In this document: in pieces, positions 28,886 to 38,463 of the stretch
Layout of the letters: each line of letters opens with the position of its first letter
How positions within the stretch are numbered: the stretch's first letter is position 1
Assembly (NCBI GenBank): GCA_964417685.1
Contig: CAYQIT010000001.1
Span: 145,157 to 209,156, forward strand
Source: an uncultured Gammaproteobacteria bacterium
GTDB taxonomy: Bacteria > Pseudomonadota > Gammaproteobacteria > Magnimaribacterales > D2472
DNA length: 64,000 nt
Direction: 5' to 3'
Position numbers and translations under genes: made by a program
Notes under the pieces: model-generated
Told to the model about the DNA's origin: nothing
Seen by the model: only the letters and a program-made list of their open reading frames with translations
Databases searched by the model: none

Positions 28886-29977
28886 AGAATTAGAATACTG
28901 TTTTAAATAAGTGTCGTGCATTTCATCTGGGATGTGCGACATCTGTTTATTGAGATATTCAACAGCCTTCTGGTGTTTTTGAGAAATATAATTTCTATTA
29001 GTTAGCAAGTTTATTGCAGCATGGTTGGTTAGATGGTTTTTATAAAGCTCATTTATTTTTTTTGTAATAATATCAGCACACTCTTCATAGCTCTCAGAAT
29101 CAAATCTAATTTCTTTGCCTATGTTAAGACATACATTACCTTTATTTTTACTGATACCATCTGCAATACTTTTTAAATCCTCGCCATCTGCTTTCTTATA
29201 TGCAGTATTGTTAGTTGATGCAAAAACTTCCCTAGCCTTTATAAGATCATTGGGATCATATTCATAAGATATAGCAACTGGTATGACTTTTAATTTATTT
29301 AAACAGTTACCAATATTCATGTCTTTTCGTGAAAATAAATGAATCATCTTTAAGACAGATGGATCTGTTATATCTATACCGTCTTTTGCTCTACCTTGTT
29401 TTTGTGCAATCCATACAGATTCAGAGCATTCAGTCACTTGATTAAAAATAAATTCCGAAACAAGATTTAAACTTTTATAAATTTCTCTCTTTGACTTTCC
29501 GCCCCTATCAATAATAAAACTTTTATTTAGCCTCATTAGATCCGAGGCCCACCTCTCTTCCATTAAATTATTGCCAACTGCATTATTAGTAGTTTTAAAG
29601 TTATTTCTATGTAGTGAATAATTTAATAAAGCCGAATCAAGAGTTATATCTCTATGATTAGATACAAAAATATATGCATCATTTTTATTAAGATTTTCTA
29701 TTCCAAAAACCTTAAATTCATCAATTGATTCCTTAATTACATTTTCTAGTAGGGTCTCGAAAATCTTTTGATAATCTGCAATATTATTAATTTTCTTTAT
29801 CTTTGTATTTAATAATTTTTCTAACCAGAATCTTTTAAAAGGTATAAATGGGAACTTGGAGAAAGTGGGTGATGAATTAAAAAATATATCTTGTAATTCT
29901 TGATTCTTAACAAGCTCTTTGAGTACTGGTCGTACTTCAGAATCATTGTATGGCCTTATAGAATCAAATTTATTCAT
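28880..29977 (-). CDS. putative glycerolipid acyltransferase (PlsB/PlsC-like)
   Basis: FVSNHRDITLDSALL resembles acyltransferase motif I, and AQKQGRAKDG resembles motif III (EGGRS..G). There are no TM helices and the spacing is non-canonical, so the call is tentative. Confidence 0.45.
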   Translation of the reverse strand: MNKFDSIRPYNDSEVRPVLKELVKNQELQDIFFNSSPTFSKFPFIPFKRFWLEKLLNTKIKKINNIADYQKIFETLLENVIKESIDEFKVFGIENLNKNDAYIFVSNHRDITLDSALLNYSLHRNNFKTTNNAVGNNLMEERWASDLMRLNKSFIIDRGGKSKREIYKSLNLVSEFIFNQVTECSESVWIAQKQGRAKDGIDITDPSVLKMIHLFSRKDMNIGNCLNKLKVIPVAISYEYDPNDLIKAREVFASTNNTAYKKADGEDLKSIADGISKNKGNVCLNIGKEIRFDSESYEECADIITKKINELYKNHLTNHAAINLLTNRNYISQKHQKAVEYLNKQMSHIPDEMHDTYLKQYSNSL

Positions 29978-30035
29978 ACTAAGATAAATTTACTAAAAAT
30001 GTATTTTACATTAAATATGTTTACAATATTGCTCA

Positions 30036-30779
30036 ATGAAATCATATCTTAATTATTCTGGATTAGAGGTATTAGCTCATAGAGGTGGATCTATAGAGTC
30101 ATTAGAGAATACGATTGAATCTTTCGAATACTCAATATCCCTTGGTTGTAACTATATAGAAACAGATGTTCAGCTATCTTCAGATGGCAAGCCATATATC
30201 TTTCATGATGAAGATTTGAATCGATTGGCGGGTATCAATAAAATCTTTAATGACCTTAACAGCTCAGAGATAGATGAAATAAAACTGTTCAATAATCATA
30301 AAATTCCTTTGCTTGAAGAGGTTTTAATTAAATTTCCAGAGACGCATTTTCAAATCGATGTAAAAACAGATGAGGTTGCTTTACCTGCTCTAAAAGTTAT
30401 TTATGATCTTGGAGCACAGGATAGAGTTTGTATTGCAAGCTTTAGCAGTGAGCGGCTCGAAACAGTAAGAAACAAATATCCTGATATTTGTATCTCAATG
30501 GGCCCAATAGAGATTTTAAAATTATTACTTAGCAGTTTTGGTCTGTACAAAGGAAAGGTTCCTGGTGACTGTCTGCAAATACCTATTTATCAATATGGCA
30601 TAAAGTTGGTTACCAAAAGATTTGTAAATTTTGTACAGTCAAAAGGTCTTAAAATTATTGTTTGGACTATTAACGAGCCAGAAGAAATGAAAAAGCTTAT
30701 AGAATTAGAAGTTGATGGAATAATTACTGATAAGCCAAAAGCTTTATTTAATATTCTTAAGCAGAATCCTTCAGAATAA
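30036..30779 (+). CDS. glycerophosphodiester phosphodiesterase
   Basis: GDPD motifs AHRGG, ENT..SF, IETDVQLS.DG.PYIFHD, and the C-terminal VDGIITDKP. Confidence 0.85.
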   Translation: MKSYLNYSGLEVLAHRGGSIESLENTIESFEYSISLGCNYIETDVQLSSDGKPYIFHDEDLNRLAGINKIFNDLNSSEIDEIKLFNNHKIPLLEEVLIKFPETHFQIDVKTDEVALPALKVIYDLGAQDRVCIASFSSERLETVRNKYPDICISMGPIEILKLLLSSFGLYKGKVPGDCLQIPIYQYGIKLVTKRFVNFVQSKGLKIIVWTINEPEEMKKLIELEVDGIITDKPKALFNILKQNPSE

Positions 30780-30957
30780 ACTTTACTAATACTCGCTTAG
30801 CAATTATATAAATTGGAATAATTATCGATGTAGTTATTAGGATCTCAAGCCTCCAATCTAAATCCATTAAGCTTCTAATAAAAGGAGCAATTACAAATGC
30901 TGTAATAGCACCAAGAATACTATAAAAAATAATTGATTCTTTGCTCAAAAGTTTCAT
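30757..30957 (-). CDS. small two-TM membrane protein, hypothetical
   Basis: 66 aa. Its ATG directly abuts the stop of the upstream MFS gene (30958), suggesting co-translation. Confidence 0.4.
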   Translation of the reverse strand: MKLLSKESIIFYSILGAITAFVIAPFIRSLMDLDWRLEILITTSIIIPIYIIAKRVLVKFILKDSA

Positions 30958-32211
30958 TTATCTAGCCTTAATTAAAAGCAATCCACCAAAAATGAATAGC
31001 ATTATGATTGGAAGAAGTGCCATTGTTATGTCTTGAAAATATAATAAGAAAAACCCAACCAAAAGCGGGCCTACAAAGGCCCCAGCTTTGCCAAAAGTAT
31101 TGAAAAGACCAAAAAATTCTCCTGCTTTATCTTGAGGAATTATTTTAGCAAAGTAACCTCTAGAGCTTGCTTGAATTCCGCCTTGTACAGATCCAACTGA
31201 TGCAGCCATTAGATAGAATTCAATAGCTGATGAGAGTTGAGTAGTGAATAATATAATAGCTATATAAAGTATTATTGAAAAAGAAATTACAAAAAAGTCT
31301 CCACTCCTCTCTCCAATATGAGACCACATGATAGTTGCAGGAAATGCCACAAACTGAACAATTATTAAACCAATAATTATTGAACTATTATCAAGCCCAA
31401 GATTTTTTGCAAAAGTGGATGCAAGATACATTACAGTATGAACACCATCGATATATAAAAAGAATGCAAGAAGAAATATAAAAGCTTTTTTGTACTTAGA
31501 AATTTCTTTAAAGGTATTTATTAATCTATTGAAAGATTGAAGTATTTTTTGATATTTTGAAATTTCCTGATTATTAATCGGGCTATCTTTATAGGTTATT
31601 AACAAAGGTATTGTAAATACTAGCCACCAAACAGATACAGATAGGAAGGACCATCGAATTGCATCGCTTTGAGATTCTAATCCAAATGTACTTGGATAGA
31701 GAGTCATTAAAGCATTTATTAGAAATAGAATTCCTCCACCCAAATACCCCCAGGCATATCCATATCCTGAAATTTTAGAAAATAGATCTGGTGATGCTAT
31801 TAATATCAATATTTTGTCATATAGAACAAGGGATGCAGAGAAAAAATAATTTGCCAATGCATAAAAAACTAGCGCATACATCCATGAGCCAGATTGAATA
31901 AAAAATAACATTGCTACACAGATCACTCCTAATAACATAAATGATCTAAATAATGATTTGGTGCTATTTGAGATATCTGAATATGAACCAATTAAAGGTG
32001 CAGTAAAAAGCAAAACAATATTTGATGCTGCAAGCGCGAAAGATTGATATGAGGTAGCATCAATTCTCTCTACATTAGCAGCCCAAAAATCTAAATAAAA
32101 GATAGGAAAGAATGCTGCTAATACAGTTGTTACAAAAGCAGACATTCCAAAGTCATAAGCAATCCATGCTTTGACTTGACGAGAAAATTTAGTTTTGGAT
32201 TTAGATATCAC
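30958..32211 (-). CDS. MFS transporter (UMF1/Atg22-like)
   Basis: 417 aa with ~12 TM helices. The overall pattern resembles the UMF1 family; substrate unknown. Confidence 0.7.
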   Translation of the reverse strand: MISKSKTKFSRQVKAWIAYDFGMSAFVTTVLAAFFPIFYLDFWAANVERIDATSYQSFALAASNIVLLFTAPLIGSYSDISNSTKSLFRSFMLLGVICVAMLFFIQSGSWMYALVFYALANYFFSASLVLYDKILILIASPDLFSKISGYGYAWGYLGGGILFLINALMTLYPSTFGLESQSDAIRWSFLSVSVWWLVFTIPLLITYKDSPINNQEISKYQKILQSFNRLINTFKEISKYKKAFIFLLAFFLYIDGVHTVMYLASTFAKNLGLDNSSIIIGLIIVQFVAFPATIMWSHIGERSGDFFVISFSIILYIAIILFTTQLSSAIEFYLMAASVGSVQGGIQASSRGYFAKIIPQDKAGEFFGLFNTFGKAGAFVGPLLVGFFLLYFQDITMALLPIIMLFIFGGLLLIKAR

Positions 32212-32316
32212 TTTTCATATATGTGTTATTGGATATGCTCATTCTATATCAAAAATATATCTTGTAATAAATTAAAAGATTTAATATATTTTAATTTATT
32301 AATTAGGGGGTTAATT

Positions 32317-32418
32317 ATGCAAGATAGTGAAACAATCAAATACGGGGCATTATTTATTTTCGGTATCGGGTTTGTAGTATTTGTGCTTGGTGTGGCTGCG
32401 GCTGTTTTCTTTAATTAG
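32317..32418 (+). CDS. small single-TM protein (33 aa), hypothetical
   Basis: MQDSETIKYGALFIFGIGFVVFVLGVAAAVFFN*. It is preceded by a strong SD, AGGGGG, ~7 nt upstream, which is unusual in this AT-rich DNA. The track ORF 32176-32418 is a longer, implausible extension that overlaps the MFS gene. Confidence 0.4.
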   Translation: MQDSETIKYGALFIFGIGFVVFVLGVAAAVFFN

Positions 32419-32756
32419 CCGGGAGGCCAATTCATTGGTCTGCCTGCAAGCAAGTGAACATGGAGATGAAAAACACTTTGACCTGCCTTGGCTCCATTAT
32501 TAATAACTAGTCTAAAAGCCTCCTCTAGATCAAGATCTTTAGCTACTTTTTTTGCAACTAATAGCAAATGACCAAGAATTTGACCATCGTCATCTGAGGC
32601 AACAGAGATCATTTTTATAGGTTTTTTAGGAATAATCAAAAGATGAGTTGGGGCCTGCGGGGCTATATCTTTGATAACAATACTTTGCTCGTCTTCAAAT
32701 ATAATTTCTGCAGGAATATCTCTATTTATAATTTTTTCAAATAATGTGGACTCCAT
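32415..32756 (-). CDS. hinT: HIT-family nucleotide hydrolase (HinT-like)
   Basis: 113 aa with the histidine triad HLHVHLL. Confidence 0.9.
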   Translation of the reverse strand: MESTLFEKIINRDIPAEIIFEDEQSIVIKDIAPQAPTHLLIIPKKPIKMISVASDDDGQILGHLLLVAKKVAKDLDLEEAFRLVINNGAKAGQSVFHLHVHLLAGRPMNWPPG

Positions 32757-32761
32757 GGGTA

Positions 32762-32950
32762 TTAGATAAACCCTCTCAAGGCTCTATAGCCAATGTAAAA
32801 AATAACTGCGGTCATAACTAATGCTAAAAATATTATTAATAAATCTCTTAGGGTTTGGAGAAGCTTGCCCTCTTGTTTCATCTTGATAAGACGTGAGAGT
32901 AAAAAAATTATTGCTATTGAGCTAACTACTAAAATAAAAATACTAACCAT
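32762..32950 (-). CDS. small two-TM membrane protein, hypothetical
   Basis: 62 aa, located between dedA and hinT with 5-9 nt gaps (operonic). Confidence 0.45.
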   Translation of the reverse strand: MVSIFILVVSSIAIIFLLSRLIKMKQEGKLLQTLRDLLIIFLALVMTAVIFYIGYRALRGFI

Positions 32951-32959
32951 AATAATCTC

Positions 32960-33466
32960 CTAACTAAATATTGAACCAACACCAGTTACTAAAACACCTA
33001 ACGCTAAACCCCATAACAAGCATGCAATTAAGTCTGATAGATAAAATTTTAACGCCTTTAGGCCAGACACACCTAATAGAAATGGAACTATAGGCCTTAC
33101 TGCAGGAATAAATCTTCCAATTACCACTGCATATGGGCCACGCTTTTCAAGAAAATCTTGTGATCTAGATATAATTTTTTTCCTTTTTTGAAAAAACTTA
33201 GTTGATAAAAGATTTGGTCCTAGTGTTTTTCCAAAAAAGAAGCCGCTCAAATCTCCTAAATGGGCGCCAATGATTGCCATTGGAACCATGAGATACAATG
33301 ACAATACATCAGCGTTATACAAAAATATACAAATTGAGAATAGTATTGCGCTTGACACGATAGCCCCAGAAATAATAAATGACTCTAAAAACGCAAAGAA
33401 TAATACAACCAACCAGGCATATTCAGCATTTGTTGATAAGAATAATTCTAATTTACTTACATCCAT
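32960..33466 (-). CDS. DedA-family membrane protein
   Basis: 168 aa with GDLSGFFFGK and GRFIPAVRPIVPFLLG motifs. Confidence 0.8.
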   Translation of the reverse strand: MDVSKLELFLSTNAEYAWLVVLFFAFLESFIISGAIVSSAILFSICIFLYNADVLSLYLMVPMAIIGAHLGDLSGFFFGKTLGPNLLSTKFFQKRKKIISRSQDFLEKRGPYAVVIGRFIPAVRPIVPFLLGVSGLKALKFYLSDLIACLLWGLALGVLVTGVGSIFS

Positions 33467-33535
33467 ACTTAAATTTTACGTTGTTTTAAAAATTAATTAA
33501 AACTATTATCTTATTAGTTTAATTATTCACTCAAT

Positions 33536-34651
33536 ATGATAGAAGAATATATTATTAATGTTCCACAAATTGAAATTGATAATCTCAATAAAAAATTAGA
33601 GCTTACAAGATGGGCTGATGAAATTGACGATAACGATAATTGGAGTGACGGCACTAATTTAAATTTTTTAAAAGAGCTGTGCAGGTATTGGCAGAATGAT
33701 TTTGATTGGAGAGAACAAGAAAAAATCTTAAATGAGATAGGAAGCTTTAAGTTTCAATATGATGGGGGGTATATTCATTTTCTTCATAGTAGATCCAATA
33801 ATCCTAATGCAAAAAATTTAATACTTACTCACGGCTGGCCAGGAAGTATTCAAGAATTTATTAAAGTTATTAAATATCTAAGAGATGAATCCAATGAAGA
33901 CTTTAATATTGTTTGCCCTTCTCTACCTGGATTTGGATTTTCTTCAAAACCCAAAAGTAGAGGTACTGACTCCGAAGCAATTGCACGAATTCAAAACAGT
34001 TTAATGATGGAGCTTGGATATGAAAAATATATTGCTCAAGGTGGAGATTGGGGAGCAACTGTAAGCAAATGGATGGCTGATCTGTATCCAGATAATTGTA
34101 TTGGTTTGCATTTAAATTTAGTGATCGCTTTCCCTCCAGATAAAGAACCAATGAAAGGTGTAACAGAGCAAGAGATTAAATTATTAGATAACTTTGAAAA
34201 GTATAAAAGTCAGGGTTATGGATATTATGAAATTCAAAGAACAAAACCGCAAACTATAGGTTATTTACTGAATGATTCACCTGCAGGTCTTGCTGCATGG
34301 ATAAGCGAAAAATTTTATGGATGGTTTGAGGATGGGAACAAGGATATTGTCATTAGTATTGATGAATTACTCTCTATTATATCCTTATATTGGTTTACTG
34401 AATCTGGAGCCTCATCCGCTAGACTATACAAAGAGAATAATGGACTTGGTTTCTCTTTCAATAAAGTGAAGCAGCCTACTGCAGGTGCAATATTTAAAAA
34501 TGATATTATGATTCCACCAAGAATATGGGCAGAAAATATCTACAATATTGTTCAGTGGAATGTCTATGAAGGTGGGCATTTTGCAGCAATGGAAAGACCA
34601 ATAGATCTTGCTGAAGATTTAATTAAATTTATTAATAAATTAAAGATCTAA
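33536..34651 (+). CDS. epoxide hydrolase (EHN N-terminal domain + alpha/beta hydrolase)
   Basis: HGWPGS oxyanion motif, nucleophile GGDWG, and the N-terminal EHN-type region (..L..TRW.DE...). Confidence 0.8.
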   Translation: MIEEYIINVPQIEIDNLNKKLELTRWADEIDDNDNWSDGTNLNFLKELCRYWQNDFDWREQEKILNEIGSFKFQYDGGYIHFLHSRSNNPNAKNLILTHGWPGSIQEFIKVIKYLRDESNEDFNIVCPSLPGFGFSSKPKSRGTDSEAIARIQNSLMMELGYEKYIAQGGDWGATVSKWMADLYPDNCIGLHLNLVIAFPPDKEPMKGVTEQEIKLLDNFEKYKSQGYGYYEIQRTKPQTIGYLLNDSPAGLAAWISEKFYGWFEDGNKDIVISIDELLSIISLYWFTESGASSARLYKENNGLGFSFNKVKQPTAGAIFKNDIMIPPRIWAENIYNIVQWNVYEGGHFAAMERPIDLAEDLIKFINKLKI

Positions 34652-35731
34652 TGATTTTAAGATTTCTTCAAATGATACAAGTTTAAAGTTTTGTCTTTTA
34701 ACTTTTGATTTACCGTCATTAGTTCCATCCTGAGCTACAAATAACCCACTGCTAAAATCTTTATTTAAGTTAAAGTTAATTGCAGATATCCCATCTGTGT
34801 CTGTAACACCATCAATGTCTTTTGAATGACCAATTTTGAAGCTGCCAATATACTCATGAGGTGATAACCTATTATACAAATTAAATGTGTCATCTCCCTG
34901 GGAAGATACAATAACATATCCTTCTTTTTTAGAAGTTTTGTATAGTGTTACTCCTTCTGGATCTCCATTAATTAGCCCCGCTCTATTATCAATCACAGAC
35001 GGTGAATTAAAATCTAATTCATCATTGATAGTGTATGCTCTAAGAATTCCTCTGTCCTGTTCTTCTGAAATAAATAGCGTCCTATTCTCATCATCATATA
35101 CACACCCTTCAGATTGAATAGCGTTAGCATTTTTAAAAGTCGTAAGTAAGGTGAGTCCTAATGAATTATAACTCCACAACTCAACATCAGAGCTTCCATC
35201 AGCAGTGAGAAATGCTATTAAACCAAATGTACTATCATAACCTCCACAAACACCATAAACTTCAACATTTGATTTAGATCTTATGTAAGGTTCCTTTGGG
35301 AGTGTAAAATTATTATTTTTAAGTGCCAAGTTTATATTAGTATCAGAGAATACCCATACATCAAGTGTATTAAGCGATCTGTTTGATGCAAAAATAAAGG
35401 AATATGGTCCAAGTTCAAGTCCGTCATCATCTGTTACATTGATTGTTCTTGTATCAATATTATTGATATCACCAAGCTCAACATAATTAATTTTATCTCC
35501 ATTAAGGTTGTAGGTATATATACCACTCCTTTTATCAGTCCCAAAAATTAATGATTTTGATGGATTGGCTTGATTAAGCCATATTGCTGGATCATCAGCA
35601 GCATCACCCTTAGAAATAACCTGTGGCGTTTCATATATTGGCTTTACAACTTTTACTTTTTTATCAATATCGTTATATGAAAAGGCATTCAAAGAAATAA
35701 ATATTGCAGCAATAAAGGAGTATAGTTTCAT
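34640..35731 (-). CDS. beta-propeller phytase (3-phytase)
   Basis: Signal peptide, then the DAADDPAIW motif and repeated propeller-blade patterns ending DG..DTDGI. Confidence 0.8.
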   Translation of the reverse strand: MKLYSFIAAIFISLNAFSYNDIDKKVKVVKPIYETPQVISKGDAADDPAIWLNQANPSKSLIFGTDKRSGIYTYNLNGDKINYVELGDINNIDTRTINVTDDDGLELGPYSFIFASNRSLNTLDVWVFSDTNINLALKNNNFTLPKEPYIRSKSNVEVYGVCGGYDSTFGLIAFLTADGSSDVELWSYNSLGLTLLTTFKNANAIQSEGCVYDDENRTLFISEEQDRGILRAYTINDELDFNSPSVIDNRAGLINGDPEGVTLYKTSKKEGYVIVSSQGDDTFNLYNRLSPHEYIGSFKIGHSKDIDGVTDTDGISAINFNLNKDFSSGLFVAQDGTNDGKSKVKRQNFKLVSFEEILKSLDL

Positions 35732-35746
35732 AATATTGTTTAGTTT

Positions 35747-35772
35747 TTCAAAGGGCTAAATAGCCCTTTGAA
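35747..35772 (-). other. strong intercistronic stem-loop between the TonB receptor and the phytase
   Basis: Perfect 11-bp stem TTCAAAGGGCT (35747-35757) / AGCCCTTTGAA (35762-35772) with a 4-nt loop. On the transcribed (minus) strand it is followed by AAAAC rather than a U-tract. Confidence 0.6.
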
Positions 35773-35788
35773 ATGTTTATTAATAATA

Positions 35789-38314
35789 TTAAAGATTATA
35801 TCTTATGCCTACGCTATAAGTGGTCCCATATTCATCATATTGAGAAAGGCGGTCAGAAAATCCCCAGTAATAAAATTCTGGTTCATCAGTTATATTAGAT
35901 ATTTCAAATTTAATGCTTAAATTATCTGTATATTTATATTTAATATTAAAATCTAGCTGCGCATGATCATCTGTATACCTTATATTTGAAACTGATAGGT
36001 CTTCTTGAACAGATGCTGAGTCACCCTCGTCAGCAAGGTAGTCTAGATAAGGGCTTCTTGAAACATATGATAGCCTTGCATCAATTTTATTCTTGTTGTA
36101 TCCAACAGAGATATTTTTAGATGTTTCAGATAGCTTTCTAAATGGAAATGTGACATTTCCATTATCTGTTTCTAGAGTGCTCTCACCATCAGTTAATGTA
36201 AGATTTGCAGATATAAAAAGTCCATCAAATGGTTCGGGCAGTAGTGTGAATTCATTGAAAAAATTAATCTCAAAGCCTGAGACATCTGAATCACCGGTAT
36301 TAACAAAAGTTTCTAACTCACTAAAGTTTATATTATTAAAAACTCCCGAAGTTACTAATGGATAAATAGCATTTTCAATATCTTTTTTGAAGTAACCTAT
36401 TGAGGCTGATCTAGTCTCACCATAATACTCTAAAGATAGATCATAATTATTAGATTCATAAGGTTCTAGATCTGGGTTACCCATCGAACCTTTGAATAAA
36501 TTATCATCTTCTCTTTCAAATTCAGAAACTGTATTTGATTCACTAAAACCTGGTCTTGCTAGAGATCTTGTAATTGCTGCTCTTACAATTAAATCATCTG
36601 AAACATAGTATTTAAGATTAAAACTTGGAGCAAAGAAACTATAATCTTTATCAGCATTTACCTTAGCAAAATTATCTGCTTCGTTATAACCTACTGTTGA
36701 GAAAGAAGTATCTTCATACCTAACTCCTGCTGTAACAATTGCATTTTCATATTCTAGTGTCCCCATTACATAAAGCGCAAAAATATCTTCCTCAGTTGTA
36801 TAATCTTTTTTTAGCTGGCCTTTAATGTATGGACCAAAAGATCCTTGAAGTGGATACAATAAGCTAGCATCGGCCATTGGACCCATTGATTGGCCAGCAA
36901 ACGGCCACTTGAAAGGAATCCTTGCACCGAAGTATGCTTGATCTTGTGGAACAGTTTCATCATCCCATTCAAAATATTCATTATCTCTTTCTTTTTCTCT
37001 TGAGCTATATTTAAAACCAAATTTAACTTCTGTTGGCCTATCAAGAACAGTGAACCCATCTTTTGTAAAGTCTATTTTGAAGGCAACTTCTGTATCTTGT
37101 ATTAGATCATCTTCCTCTTCAAAAGCATCAATGCCAATACCTGTATCCCATAGAGACTGACCTGCTGGAGTGAATAATATGCCTACTTTTTGCGAATTAT
37201 TATAGAAAAAAGTTCCGCATGGGTCACAGCTTAATTTCTCGCTTCTAAACTTAACATCTACATTATCTGTATCATCCTGTTCTGCAAAAGAATGACTAAA
37301 TTGTGCCTCTGTAAACCAACCGCCAAGATCAGTTTCTAGTCCCAGTATATATGTTTCAATTTTTCTAACTTCAATTCTTTTTCTTGTTTCAGCATCTCTT
37401 CTAATTTGAGATATGTTTGCAGATGATTCATTTATTTCACTAAATTTTAACTTCCCGTACTCATCCTTATATCTGAGCTCATCATCGGTGTATTCATTTA
37501 TAAGGACATTTGCATAGAGAACGGTATCGTCTCCCACTACGGCATCAAAATCGTAGGTTAGACCAAACCTTTCTCTTGTTAAGTCGTAATATCTCATTTC
37601 CCAGTCATCGCCTAGTGTTTTATTGCCATCTTCAATTTCCCAACCTGGAAAACCTGTTTCATTGTTGTATGTAACAATTTGTTTACTGGCATAAGTAATT
37701 CCTAAAATATGACCCATTGTGTCATTTATCTTATTACCATAAGTTAATGAAAATTTAGGATTATCTGAATTTTTGGACTGTTCGTTATATGAAGTATCTA
37801 ATTTAAACTTTAATAGTTTTTCTTTTAATGTTGATGCTCTTTTAGTGTTAAATTCTATTCTTCCACCAATAGCATCAGCATCCATGTCAGGGGTAAGCGA
37901 CTTATAAACTTCAATTGAGTCTAGTAGTTCAGTTGGCAACCCGTCTAACATAACCTTTCTTCCGCCTTCTGGAGCAGGGATAAGAGCACCATTTACAGCT
38001 ATAGAGTTTAAGTCGCCAGACATACCTCTTATACTTACATATCTACCCTCACCTTGATCGTTTTCAACAGAAATACCTGAAAGCCTTCTAATAGCTTCTG
38101 CAGCAGTAGTATCTGGGAAGTCACCTAAAGCATCTGAATCAACAACAGAAACAATAGAGTTAGATTTCCTTTGTTTCTCAATGGCTGATATTAAACTAGC
38201 AAGCGTCCCTACAACAACAACTTCTTCAACTTCCTCATCATTTGTAGATGTTTGCGCAAAAACCGGGGCTACAGCAAAAGAGATTAAAAAGATCAGATTA
38301 AATAAATTTTTCAT
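35789..38314 (-). CDS. TonB-dependent receptor
   Basis: The likely start is MKNLFNLIFLISFAVAPVFA|QT (ATG at 38314), while the track ORF extends to 38359. It has a plug domain, a long barrel and the terminal ..YSVGIRYNL. Confidence 0.85.
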   Translation of the reverse strand: MKNLFNLIFLISFAVAPVFAQTSTNDEEVEEVVVVGTLASLISAIEKQRKSNSIVSVVDSDALGDFPDTTAAEAIRRLSGISVENDQGEGRYVSIRGMSGDLNSIAVNGALIPAPEGGRKVMLDGLPTELLDSIEVYKSLTPDMDADAIGGRIEFNTKRASTLKEKLLKFKLDTSYNEQSKNSDNPKFSLTYGNKINDTMGHILGITYASKQIVTYNNETGFPGWEIEDGNKTLGDDWEMRYYDLTRERFGLTYDFDAVVGDDTVLYANVLINEYTDDELRYKDEYGKLKFSEINESSANISQIRRDAETRKRIEVRKIETYILGLETDLGGWFTEAQFSHSFAEQDDTDNVDVKFRSEKLSCDPCGTFFYNNSQKVGILFTPAGQSLWDTGIGIDAFEEEDDLIQDTEVAFKIDFTKDGFTVLDRPTEVKFGFKYSSREKERDNEYFEWDDETVPQDQAYFGARIPFKWPFAGQSMGPMADASLLYPLQGSFGPYIKGQLKKDYTTEEDIFALYVMGTLEYENAIVTAGVRYEDTSFSTVGYNEADNFAKVNADKDYSFFAPSFNLKYYVSDDLIVRAAITRSLARPGFSESNTVSEFEREDDNLFKGSMGNPDLEPYESNNYDLSLEYYGETRSASIGYFKKDIENAIYPLVTSGVFNNINFSELETFVNTGDSDVSGFEINFFNEFTLLPEPFDGLFISANLTLTDGESTLETDNGNVTFPFRKLSETSKNISVGYNKNKIDARLSYVSRSPYLDYLADEGDSASVQEDLSVSNIRYTDDHAQLDFNIKYKYTDNLSIKFEISNITDEPEFYYWGFSDRLSQYDEYGTTYSVGIRYNL

Positions 38315-38391
38315 AATTTTTTCCATAATTTGTATGCATGAACTATAAATATTGCACAAGTCAAGCTTGTTAAATTCTTTAAAATTTGTGT

Positions 38392-38401
38392 GACAATTGT
38401 G
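38392..38401. promoter_or_regulatory. candidate TetR operator 1 (palindrome core ACAATTGT)
   Basis: ATTTGTGTGACAATTGTG lies in the divergent TBDR/tetR intergenic region. The core ACAATTGT is at 38393-38400. Confidence 0.5.
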
Positions 38402-38442
38402 TTACATGAATAGTTTATTAAAACAATGCATTTACATTTGTG

Positions 38443-38452
38443 GACAATTGTC
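38443..38452. promoter_or_regulatory. candidate TetR operator 2 (perfect 10-bp palindrome GACAATTGTC)
   Basis: ATTTGTGGACAATTGTC lies 12 nt upstream of the tetR ATG. It shares the flank ATTTGTG with operator 1, and the two cores are 51 bp apart. Confidence 0.5.
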
Positions 38453-38463
38453 GATAATAAATT

